Part shown: positions 1-8,565 of the stretch, piece after piece
How the letters are laid out: each line of letters begins with the position of its first letter
How positions within the stretch are numbered: the stretch's first letter is position 1
Translations under genes and position numbers: made by a program
DNA from: an uncultured Thermoplasmatales archaeon
GTDB taxonomy: Archaea > Thermoplasmatota > E2 > UBA202 > DSCA01
Length of the DNA: 64,000 nucleotides
Direction of reading: 5' to 3'
Assembly: GCA_964514975.1 (NCBI GenBank)
Contig: CAZESS010000003.1
Span: 32,001 to 96,000, forward strand
Notes under the pieces: model-generated
Told to the model about the DNA's origin: nothing
Seen by the model: the letters and a program-made list of their open reading frames with translations, nothing else
Databases searched by the model: none

Positions 1-14
1 TTTATTTCGGTCAT
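1..14 (-). CDS. 5' end of a gene running off the left edge (M-T-E-I-K/N...), probably co-transcribed downstream of aconitase
   Basis: Minus-strand ATG at 14-12, preceded by GAGGT (25-21) that overlaps the aconitase stop. Only 4 full codons are visible. Confidence 0.55.
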
Positions 15-23
15 ATTGTTACC

Positions 24-1940
24 TCATTCTTTTTTGTGCTTTATCCAGGGGAGCAGGCCGCCGGTGAGCATGACGTCCCGTTCCTCCTGGCCCAGGTCGT
101 GTTGCAGCTCGTATGTTTCGTCCTTGCTGTGGTTTGTGAGCGTGATGTCTCCGGTGAACCGGCCGATGTGCAGCTCGAGTTCGTCACCCTGGTCGATACG
201 GTCGTAACCGTCTGGCTCGGCGAACGTCAGGGGGACGATACCGAAGTTGATGAGGTTGGCGCGGTGGATGCGGGCAAAGGATTTCGCGATGACGGCTTTG
301 ACGCCCAGGTATTTTGGTGCGATGGCGGCATGCTCGCGGCTGGAGCCCTGCCCGTAGTTTTCGCCGCCGATGATGAAGCCGCCGTCCTGTGCCGTGGCGC
401 GCTCGTAGAAATCTGGGTCCATGCCGGAGAAGACATATTTGGATATCTCAGGGATGTTGCTCCTGAGCGGCAGGATTTTTGCGCCGGCGGGCATGATGTG
501 GTCGGTGGTGATGTTGTCGCCGACCTTGATGAGCACGTCTCCCTCCAGCGTCTGCGGCAGCGGCGGAAAGTCGGGCAATGGCTGGATGTTGGGACCGCGC
601 TGCACTTCAACGTGTGACGCTTCCTCGGGCGGCAGCGGCGGGATGATGAGGTTGTCGTTGATGATAAAATGGTCGGGCATCTCGATGACCGGCTGCTCGC
701 CCATGCTCCGGGGGTCGGTCAGCTCGCCCTGGATGGCCGTCGCGGCTGCGACCTCGGGGCTGACGAGGAAGATGTCAGCGTCGGCGGTGCCGCTCCGTCC
801 TTCGAAGTTCCGGTTGTATGTGCGCACCGTCGCCGACGCGCTCGGGGGCGCACCGCCCATGCCGATGCAGGGGCCGCAGGCATTTTCGATGATGCGCGCA
901 CCCGCGTCGACCAGATGAGTGTATTCGCCGCTCTGCACCAGATGCTCGACGACCTGACGGGAGCCGGGGTTGACAAGCAGCGCGAGGTTCGCTGCAACGG
1001 TGTTATCCTTCAAAATCTGCGCGGCCATTTTCATGTCCCGCAGCGATGAGTTGGTGCAGGAGCCAATGGCGACCTGCTCCACCTCCATGCCCTCAACTTC
1101 TTTGACGGGTTTGACGTTGCCGGGGCTGTGCGGCAGGGCGATGAGCGGCTCGAGCTCGCTGAGATTGATTTCGATGACCTTGTCGTACTCTGCATTTTCG
1201 TCTGCCTGCAACGGCTGCCATTCGTCGAGGCGGTCCTGCGCCCTGAACCATTGCTTCGTTATCTCATCGCTGGGGAAGATGCTCGTCGTAGCGCCTGTCT
1301 CGGTGCCCATGTTGGTGATCGTCGCGCGCTCCGGAACGCTCAGCGTCTGCACGCCGGGACCATAGTATTCGAAGACCCTGCCGACGCCGCCCTTGACGTC
1401 GACGCGGCGCAGCAGCTCCAGGATGACGTCCTTTGCGGACACCCAGTCGGGGAGCTCGCCGGTGAGCCTGACGCCGACGACCTCGGGGCATTTCAGGGTG
1501 AACGGTTCACCTGCCATCGCTGCGGCGACGTTCAACCCGCCGGCGCCGATGGCCAGCGAGCCGACGCCGCCCGCCGTCGGAGTGTGGCTGTCGCTGCCCA
1601 GCAATGTTTTGCCGGGCTGCGCGAATCGCTCGAGATGAAGCTGATGGCAGATGCCGTTGCCCGGCCTGGAGAAATACAGGCCGTAGCGCTGCGCTATAGA
1701 CTGGAGGTAGCGGTGGTCGTCGGCGTTGCGGAAGTCGGTCTGCAGCGTGTTGTGGTCGACGTAGCTGACTGATCGCTCGGTTTGCACGCGGTCGACGCCC
1801 ATTGCCTCGAATTCGAGGTATGCCATGGTGCCCGTCGCGTCCTGGGTCAGCGTTTGGTCGATGGTGATGGCGATATCGTCGCCCGTGTTCAGCTCTCCAT
1901 CCACGAAATGTTCCCTCAATATTTTGCGTGTCAGGTTCAT
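24..1940 (-). CDS. Aconitate hydratase (single-chain, ~640 aa type)
   Basis: DHN, GICHQ and DSHT motifs; cluster Cys motifs IGSCTN and CGPCIG; C-terminal swivel domain with ITTDHI and NYGQGSSREHAA. Confidence 0.93.
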   Translation of the reverse strand: MNLTRKILREHFVDGELNTGDDIAITIDQTLTQDATGTMAYLEFEAMGVDRVQTERSVSYVDHNTLQTDFRNADDHRYLQSIAQRYGLYFSRPGNGICHQLHLERFAQPGKTLLGSDSHTPTAGGVGSLAIGAGGLNVAAAMAGEPFTLKCPEVVGVRLTGELPDWVSAKDVILELLRRVDVKGGVGRVFEYYGPGVQTLSVPERATITNMGTETGATTSIFPSDEITKQWFRAQDRLDEWQPLQADENAEYDKVIEINLSELEPLIALPHSPGNVKPVKEVEGMEVEQVAIGSCTNSSLRDMKMAAQILKDNTVAANLALLVNPGSRQVVEHLVQSGEYTHLVDAGARIIENACGPCIGMGGAPPSASATVRTYNRNFEGRSGTADADIFLVSPEVAAATAIQGELTDPRSMGEQPVIEMPDHFIINDNLIIPPLPPEEASHVEVQRGPNIQPLPDFPPLPQTLEGDVLIKVGDNITTDHIMPAGAKILPLRSNIPEISKYVFSGMDPDFYERATAQDGGFIIGGENYGQGSSREHAAIAPKYLGVKAVIAKSFARIHRANLINFGIVPLTFAEPDGYDRIDQGDELELHIGRFTGDITLTNHSKDETYELQHDLGQEERDVMLTGGLLPWIKHKKE

Positions 1941-1963
1941 CTGGTCGGCGAATAGGACATGCC

Positions 1964-1970
1964 ATATAAA
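1964..1970 (-). promoter_or_regulatory. TATA box of the aconitase gene (likely leaderless transcript)
   Basis: TTTATAT on the minus strand 24-30 nt upstream of the ATG at 1940, inside an AT-rich intergenic tract. Confidence 0.6.
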
Positions 1971-2305
1971 AAGTTTTTTATCAAATAATAAAAAAAACTG
2001 TAAATAATAATATTTTGTTAAAAAAATACAAAATATATTTTACAATTTAACAAAAAATGTCCGTCAATCAACGCATGGAGCGTCAACCGGCCATCGATGG
2101 CCGCACTGCTCACACTGCAGATACAGATGCTGCTCCGGTACCATGCCGTTCGTCGACCAGGGAACACGCGCCACGACAGCCAGCTCGTCGCTGCCGCATC
2201 GCGGACAGCCCGCTCGCCGGCCCATACCTCATACCCTGCGACGATAACAACCGCGCGCACGATGCGAGGGCAAAACGTTTAACCACGGCGGCGCATTACC
2301 CGGCG

Positions 2306-2878
2306 ATGAAAACTGTCAAGCTGGCTCGCTTTCCCAAGATAAAACACCTGCAGGGCGCAGGGCCGTGCTGCGTCCCGGCATCCATCGAAAACGTGGTCCG
2401 GTATCACGGCGGCGACGTATCGCAGCAGGACATACGAGCATGGTGCACCGAACGGTATGGCGACACCGACGACATCGACCTCAACATGGCCAGACAGGTC
2501 ATGGAAGACACCTACGGCGACGGCTTCTCCTACCATGTAAAAAACGTGCGGAACTGTCCCGCCATATCGAGCGAAAAAGACATGCTGGCGATCATCCAGG
2601 AAGCGATAGACCTCGACATTCCGGTCATCGTGCAGATGAACTTTCCATCCTGCCTCTATCTGCCGTCATACAGCACGACGAGCGAGCAATATGTGCTCAC
2701 CGTGCTCGGCGCCTCGGAAAACCACGTGCTGATATGGGACACCAACCCCGGCGTGCTGGCGCTCCCCGTCGTGGTCTCCAGAGAATGGATGACCGACCAC
2801 ATGGCATCGAGCTGCACCAGCCTCTGGATTATACCAGAGGGCAAAGAAAACGAGGCCGAGGCACTGTTCACGGCATAG
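2306..2878 (+). CDS. C39-like (papain-fold) peptidase family protein, catalytic His apparently missing
   Basis: QGAGPCCVPASIENVVRYHG resembles the C39 Q..C.PAS..L.Y.G motif; IPVIV and VLIWDTNP follow. Start placed at ATG 2306 downstream of a TATA-like GTTTAA. Confidence 0.6.
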   Translation: MKTVKLARFPKIKHLQGAGPCCVPASIENVVRYHGGDVSQQDIRAWCTERYGDTDDIDLNMARQVMEDTYGDGFSYHVKNVRNCPAISSEKDMLAIIQEAIDLDIPVIVQMNFPSCLYLPSYSTTSEQYVLTVLGASENHVLIWDTNPGVLALPVVVSREWMTDHMASSCTSLWIIPEGKENEAEALFTA

Positions 2879-2884
2879 CTACCG

Positions 2885-3325
2885 TCATAGCTCCGACAGC
2901 ACCATGTCGACGGCGTGGGGCACCACCCCGGCAATGACGGGGCTCAGCTGCTCCGACAGCTCACAGTCTCCTATCACCACACCAATGACCACGATGTCGG
3001 GCAGCCCACCGCTGATTTTTTTGAAGTATTCCAGCGCGGTTCCGAAATCGATGCCGTGGGGATGCGAGTCCGAGGCAGATGCGAATGCGTCGGGGGTCAG
3101 CCGGCAGATGTCGCCTCTCTCTGCCTCGCCATCCCGGATGGAGTCGACGATGACCGCTCGGTCGTAGCCGGCCAGGCGTTCAACCAGGGGCAGCCCGCCG
3201 GTCATGGCCTCCTCGACGTCCACGCCGGGGTCGTCAATCCGCTGCCGGAGCATCCGTACCACATGCAGCCCGACGGCGTCGTCGCCGCAGATGGGGTTGC
3301 CCACCCCGACCACAATCGTTGCCAC
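2885..3325 (-). CDS. [NiFe]-hydrogenase maturation protease (HyaD/HycI family)
   Basis: VVGVGNPICGDDAVG, VIVDS and SHPHG motifs. GTG start at 3325 preferred over the longer ORF. Confidence 0.9.
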   Translation of the reverse strand: MATIVVGVGNPICGDDAVGLHVVRMLRQRIDDPGVDVEEAMTGGLPLVERLAGYDRAVIVDSIRDGEAERGDICRLTPDAFASASDSHPHGIDFGTALEYFKKISGGLPDIVVIGVVIGDCELSEQLSPVIAGVVPHAVDMVLSEL

Positions 3326-3402
3326 GGACCAGCAGCACGGAGGATGCATAAAAACGTTGTGCGGGCGAACCATTTAAGAATAGATGGCACATCAGCATAT
3401 CC

Positions 3403-4272
3403 ATGGGAATCTATGTAAACCAGGACACCAGGGTCGTCGTCCAGGGCATCACCGGCGGCCAGGGTCGCACGCATGCCAGGTTCATGCAGGACTACGGCAC
3501 CGATATCGTTGCAGGCGTCACCCCGGGCAAGGGCGGCAGCGAGGTGCACGACGTCCCCGTCTTCAACACCGTCCGGCAGGCACGGGAGGAAACCGGATGC
3601 AACGCATCAATCATCTTCGTGCCCGCCCGGTTTGCCAAAGATGCAACAATCGAGGCCATCGAGGCGGACATGGACCCCGTGGTCGTCATAACCGAGAGCA
3701 TCCCCGTGCATGACAGCACCACCATCATGCACATCGCCGGGCAGCACGGAACCACCATCATCGGCCCGAACACGCCGGGCATCATCACCCCCGGCGAGAC
3801 GAAACTCGGCATCATGCCAAACCACATTTTCAGGCCCGGCCACATCGGACTGGTATCACGCTCCGGGACGCTGACCTACGAAATCGTCAACGCCATCGTC
3901 CGTCACGGCTACGGCCAGTCGACCGCGCTGGGATTAGGAGGCGACCCCATCGTCGGCCTTGACTTCATCGACGTTCTCCAGCAGTTCAACGACGACGATG
4001 CAACAGAAGCGATTATCATGGTTGGCGAAATCGGCGGCTCAGCCGAAGAAAACGCCGCAGCGTATATAGAGCAGCAGGTGGACAAGCCCGTGGTCGCCTA
4101 CATCGCCGGGCGGACCGCCCCCAAGGGCAAACGGATGGGGCATGCCGGCGCCATCGTCTCCAAAAGCGGGACGGGCACCGCGGAATCCAAGATGCAGGCG
4201 CTCAAGCAGGCCGGCGTTTCTGTTGCGAGGATGCCGACGGAGCTCGGCGAGCTGCTGGACGACGTGCGCTAA
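3403..4272 (+). CDS. sucD: Succinyl-CoA synthetase alpha subunit
   Basis: VQGITG, GVTPGKGG, IGPNTPG, SRSGTLTYE and the phospho-His motif RMGHAGA. Confidence 0.95.
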   Translation: MGIYVNQDTRVVVQGITGGQGRTHARFMQDYGTDIVAGVTPGKGGSEVHDVPVFNTVRQAREETGCNASIIFVPARFAKDATIEAIEADMDPVVVITESIPVHDSTTIMHIAGQHGTTIIGPNTPGIITPGETKLGIMPNHIFRPGHIGLVSRSGTLTYEIVNAIVRHGYGQSTALGLGGDPIVGLDFIDVLQQFNDDDATEAIIMVGEIGGSAEENAAAYIEQQVDKPVVAYIAGRTAPKGKRMGHAGAIVSKSGTGTAESKMQALKQAGVSVARMPTELGELLDDVR

Positions 4273-4290
4273 CGGGCCGGCAGTTCTTTT

Positions 4291-6720
4291 TTATCCCTGC
4301 CCGGTCCACGTGCCCGGCGAGGTGACGTAGACGAACACACCCATACCCTGCTCGACGGTGAAGCCCGGCGGCGGCGTCACACCCACCGTATACGATTCAA
4401 ACGTGCTGCTCGAGGCATTCCAGTAGGCGGCGATGCTACAATTTGGCACCGCAGACGCGAGCGAGTTCGCGTTCGTCGCATCGGCGTCGAACCACCCGAT
4501 GGTGTTCCAGCCCTGGTACAAGTCGACGGCGACGGCCGACAATGGAGCGCCGGTTACCGAAAACGACGATGACGCGTTCACATATACGAAGTAGCCGACG
4601 CCGTCCGCGATAGCGAAACCAGAGCCAGGTGTCACACCCACGACATAGGACTCAAACATCCCCGCCGAGGCGTTCCAGTAGGCCACAATCTCACAGTTCG
4701 GGATCGCCGCGCCAAGCGAGCTCGCGTTGAACCCATTGGCGACGGGCACCGTGAGAAGGTTCCAGCCGCTCTGCAGGGTCTTGCTGGCCGACACGGCATG
4801 GGTTGCACCCGATACGACCATCGAAAAATCCTGCGCTGGGTCGGCGGCCGGCTCCGGAACGTTGGCACCGATGACCCGTATCTGGTACTGCCCGGGAGCG
4901 GGATGCTGTATGAAAACGTTCTCTACGTTGTTGGCATGGTCTTCGGTTCCGCCCGGGGATGACCATCGTGAGGAGGTCAGATTGTGGTTTCCCCAGTAGA
5001 CGGTGTTGTTCGGCCCGATGACTTTGAGGGACAGGTCGTTTTTCAGGTGTTTGCTCGCCGAGGGCGCCCCCGGCACGTCCGTCCAGACGAGCGAGGCTTT
5101 CATGGGCTTGCTGCCGTTTGAGGTCAGATTCCATTCGACTGACTCGCCGGTGGACAGGCTGTGGTTTCCGTCCACGATGAAATCGCTCTCGTTCTGATAG
5201 ATGGCCTGCACGTCGGGGTATCCCCAGCCCTGCTGGTAGCGTGTCGCCTGGCTGAAAGGGTACTGGTAGGCATGGTTGATGAGCAGCGCCTTCACCGTGG
5301 CTGCGTGCGGCATCGAGCCGTTGGGGTTGTTGCCATAGTGGTTGTCCCCGTAGAGCTGGTACACCAGACCGGCGGCTCCCGCAGCGACCGGTGTTGCGGC
5401 GCTCGTTCCTCCGAAGGAAGCATAGTAGTCGCCGTTTGTGTATCCGCCTGCCCCGACGATATCGGTCGTGTACACGTGGTCGTATGGCCCGGTGAGGTCG
5501 GGCTTGATGCGGCCGTCGGCAGCCGGTCCGTAGCAGGAGGCGCCGTTCCATTCGTCGTCGCCTCTGTCCTGGGTGTCGTAATGGTAGATTCCGCCGACGC
5601 TAATCACGTTTTTTGCCGCTGATAGCGTGGTGATGTAGTCGCCGTAGTCTCTGTTACCGGCGGCGTAGAACACGGTGGCATCCATGTCGTAGACGGCCTG
5701 GTCGCTTTGCTCGGACTCCGTTTCGTATTCACCGGTTTCGCTGAAAGTGTACCCCCATGAGTTGCTCTGGAAGACGCCGTTCCAGCTGTTGACCAGGTTT
5801 TGCACGGAGGCATAGATGGGAACGTTCCAGTCACAGAACACGCCCTGGGCGCCGGGCAGCATGCCCATTGCCTGCTGGTCGATGCCGCTGGCGAAGACGA
5901 TGCCGAAGGTGCTCGTTCCATGGGATTCCTGTGTAACGATCCCGTCCTCGGCGAGTATCTGTCCGGCGAACTCCGGGTGGCTGCTGTCGTAGCCGTTGTC
6001 TTTGACCTCTCCGACGATGCCAGTGCCGTTGTAACCCTCCAGGTGCAGCGCGCTGGCACCGGTGGTCACCCGTATGGTGTCCATCATCGAATATTTTTCC
6101 CGGGTTCGCTCCATGAAGGCAACCTGCGGGATGCGGGCCACCTCGGGAAGCAGAGCGGCGTCGACGGCTCCCGTGAGCATTGCTGCGTGTACGTCAACCG
6201 AATGTATTTGTCCGCCGAGGCGCTGCAGTGCGAGTGCTGCCTCGTTTATGGCGCCGGGCTGCTCAAATGTCTTCACGGTGATGTTGGTGGTACCGTGCGA
6301 TCCGGCGAGGTCGCCGGCATGTTTGTACCCGGGGTGATATGGCCCCGTCCATGTGATGAAGGGGAGCTGCTGTATGGCTGCCAGCGTTGCCGGGTCGATA
6401 TGTGCGACGTATGCATATTCGGGGATGTAGTCGACGGGGGTGGCTCCCGCCGTCTGGAGTGCCTGTATCTCGTCGGGGTGCACGGGTCCGTCGAGCTGGA
6501 TGATGAAATACTGGCTTTGGTCGGCTGTTATCATATCGGCCGGGTCTAGAGGCGGTGCCTCCTGACCGGGGACGAATGTGGCTGCCTTGAGGTACAGTGG
6601 ATGCCCCGCCGTGGTGTCTTCCTCCGGATATGGCGGCTGCACTGCGGCGGCCAGCGGGCCGATGGCCAGTATGAAGGCCAGTATGACGGTAAACGCGAGT
6701 GATGTGGCGGGTTTGTACAT
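4291..6720 (-). CDS. Secreted S8 subtilisin-like serine protease with C-terminal tandem GWN repeats
   Basis: Signal peptide; triad D (VKDNG), H (SHGTS), S (GTSAATP); oxyanion AAGN; GRIKPDL; QGWG; NNVENV beta domain. Confidence 0.9.
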   Translation of the reverse strand: MYKPATSLAFTVILAFILAIGPLAAAVQPPYPEEDTTAGHPLYLKAATFVPGQEAPPLDPADMITADQSQYFIIQLDGPVHPDEIQALQTAGATPVDYIPEYAYVAHIDPATLAAIQQLPFITWTGPYHPGYKHAGDLAGSHGTTNITVKTFEQPGAINEAALALQRLGGQIHSVDVHAAMLTGAVDAALLPEVARIPQVAFMERTREKYSMMDTIRVTTGASALHLEGYNGTGIVGEVKDNGYDSSHPEFAGQILAEDGIVTQESHGTSTFGIVFASGIDQQAMGMLPGAQGVFCDWNVPIYASVQNLVNSWNGVFQSNSWGYTFSETGEYETESEQSDQAVYDMDATVFYAAGNRDYGDYITTLSAAKNVISVGGIYHYDTQDRGDDEWNGASCYGPAADGRIKPDLTGPYDHVYTTDIVGAGGYTNGDYYASFGGTSAATPVAAGAAGLVYQLYGDNHYGNNPNGSMPHAATVKALLINHAYQYPFSQATRYQQGWGYPDVQAIYQNESDFIVDGNHSLSTGESVEWNLTSNGSKPMKASLVWTDVPGAPSASKHLKNDLSLKVIGPNNTVYWGNHNLTSSRWSSPGGTEDHANNVENVFIQHPAPGQYQIRVIGANVPEPAADPAQDFSMVVSGATHAVSASKTLQSGWNLLTVPVANGFNASSLGAAIPNCEIVAYWNASAGMFESYVVGVTPGSGFAIADGVGYFVYVNASSSFSVTGAPLSAVAVDLYQGWNTIGWFDADATNANSLASAVPNCSIAAYWNASSSTFESYTVGVTPPPGFTVEQGMGVFVYVTSPGTWTGQG

Positions 6721-6831
6721 ATGCTACCAACTCGCCGCCATATATAAAATTAACTATTGTTAATATGCCGGGGGTGCCAGCATGTATTACCAGTCCCAGG
6801 GGTATGAGAAAAAAAGAGAAGAGAGCCCTCT

Positions 6832-7416
6832 TTACAGCTCCTCTTTCAGCTGCTCCAGGTTTTTTTGCACCCTGGCCGCGACGTCGGCATGGATGCTGTT
6901 TCCCGCGGAGTCCATGGTCACCAGGAACGGCCCTGCCTCGTTGACCCGGAACATCCAGAAGGCCTCGGGGATGCCCAGTTCGTCGAGGGAGTAGACATCC
7001 TCGACCTGTTCTATCGCGTTGGCCATCAGCGCGCCCGCGCCGCCGGTGTACTGCGCATACACCGCACCATGTTTTTGCAGCGCTTTGAGCGTCCGGTCGC
7101 CCATGCCGCCCTTGCCGATGATGATCTTTGTGCCGAAGCGCTCGATGAACTCGTCCTCGAATATCTCCATGCGAATGCTCGTCGTCGGACCTGCGGAGAC
7201 GACCTGCCATTCGCCGTCAACCTTGTGGATGGCCGGGCCGCAGTGGAACATCGCATATTTTGAGGGGTCGAAGGGCACCTCGCTGTCGTCGAGCCCGAGG
7301 AGTTTTTCGTGGGCTGCATCCCTCGCCGTAAAAATGATGCCGGTGATGTAGAAGGCGTCACCGACGCGGAGTCTCTTGACCGCTTCGGGGTCTATCGGCG
7401 TCTCGAGAGTCTTCAT
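6832..7416 (-). CDS. Class I (Fe-S) fumarate hydratase beta subunit
   Basis: TARDAAH, GPTTSIRM, IIGKGGM and GGAGAL motifs; overlaps the alpha subunit stop. Confidence 0.9.
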   Translation of the reverse strand: MKTLETPIDPEAVKRLRVGDAFYITGIIFTARDAAHEKLLGLDDSEVPFDPSKYAMFHCGPAIHKVDGEWQVVSAGPTTSIRMEIFEDEFIERFGTKIIIGKGGMGDRTLKALQKHGAVYAQYTGGAGALMANAIEQVEDVYSLDELGIPEAFWMFRVNEAGPFLVTMDSAGNSIHADVAARVQKNLEQLKEEL

Positions 7417-8279
7417 TGTGTCACCTCCGCCTTTCCGTCGGGGTCAACGTGCACCGTGGTCTGCCGGTTGGCCCAGCACTGCGGGACGATGCCCACCGGG
7501 AATGATGCAGGATGGCGATGCGCATATTCTATTTTGACGTCCATGACGGTGGTGGCACCGCCGACGCCCATGGGGCCGACGCCGAGCCGGTTGATTTTTT
7601 CCAGCAGTTCTTCTTCCATCGCTGCTACCTGTTGCTCGGGATGTCGCTGGCCGACGGGGCGGAGCAGTGCCTTTTTGGCGAGTTCGAGAGCCAGGTCGGA
7701 GCCGCCGCCGAGGCCGATGCCGATGATGGTCGGGGGGCAGGCTTTGCCCTCCATGGCCGCGACGTGTTCGAGCACGATTTCTTTGACGCCTTTGATGCCC
7801 CGCCCGGGTGTCATCATGACGAGCTTGCTCATGTTTTCGCTGCCGCCGCCCTTTGGGATGACGTGGATGGTCGCCTCGTCGCCGTCGACGATATCCCAGT
7901 GGATGACAGGAACGTGGCGGCCGGTGTTGTCGTTGCTGTTTTCGTGGGTGATGGGATCGACTGCGTTGGGGCGGAGGGGCACTTCTTTGGTGGCTCGTCG
8001 GACCGCGCCGGTTATCGTGTTGCGGAGCTGGCCGAGCAGGGGGAAGTCGCTGCCCGCCTGGATGAAAAAGGTCGGGGTTCCGGTGTCCTGGCAGATTGGC
8101 CTGCTTTCCTCTCTGCCGACGTCGATGTTTTCGAGGATGGCGTTGAGCTGCACCCTGGATGCATCGCTTGTTTCGGTGTCGACCGCTGCCCTGAGCCGCT
8201 CCTGCGTTTCTGGGGTCACGCTGGTGACGGCCTGCTTGATGGCCGCAACAAGCTGGTTTTCGAGCGATGTGTTGCTCAT
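7413..8279 (-). CDS. Class I (Fe-S) fumarate hydratase alpha subunit
   Basis: PICQDTG, KGGGSENMS, ACPP, GPMGVGG, HPASFPV and QCWA motifs. Start 8279 chosen because TTTATAT lies at 8314-8308. Confidence 0.9.
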   Translation of the reverse strand: MSNTSLENQLVAAIKQAVTSVTPETQERLRAAVDTETSDASRVQLNAILENIDVGREESRPICQDTGTPTFFIQAGSDFPLLGQLRNTITGAVRRATKEVPLRPNAVDPITHENSNDNTGRHVPVIHWDIVDGDEATIHVIPKGGGSENMSKLVMMTPGRGIKGVKEIVLEHVAAMEGKACPPTIIGIGLGGGSDLALELAKKALLRPVGQRHPEQQVAAMEEELLEKINRLGVGPMGVGGATTVMDVKIEYAHRHPASFPVGIVPQCWANRQTTVHVDPDGKAEVTQ

Positions 8280-8516
8280 GCTATCAGCGCTGGAAGCCGG
8301 TATGGCCATATAAACATTTGGCCCTCGGCGTGGCTGGATGGCCGCAGCGTGAACGAGTCGCCGAAAAACGCAATTTTTATATATCATTAAGATTTATATC
8401 GTAAAAAATAACAAAAAACCGGCAATATTTGGATATATTGTTAAATATATATTATTTTTTTAACCTTTTAATCAATTATCCCGCCGTTTGTATACGAACA
8501 CGTCACACGAATAGTA

Positions 8517-8523
8517 TTTATAT
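8517..8523 (+). promoter_or_regulatory. Candidate TATA box of the hdr-mvh-frd-kor operon
   Basis: TTTATAT at the end of an AT-rich divergent intergenic region upstream of hdrA. Confidence 0.5.
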
Positions 8524-8565
8524 CACCTTTGACATGAGAGCAACACGTTTCCCAATCGCACCCGC

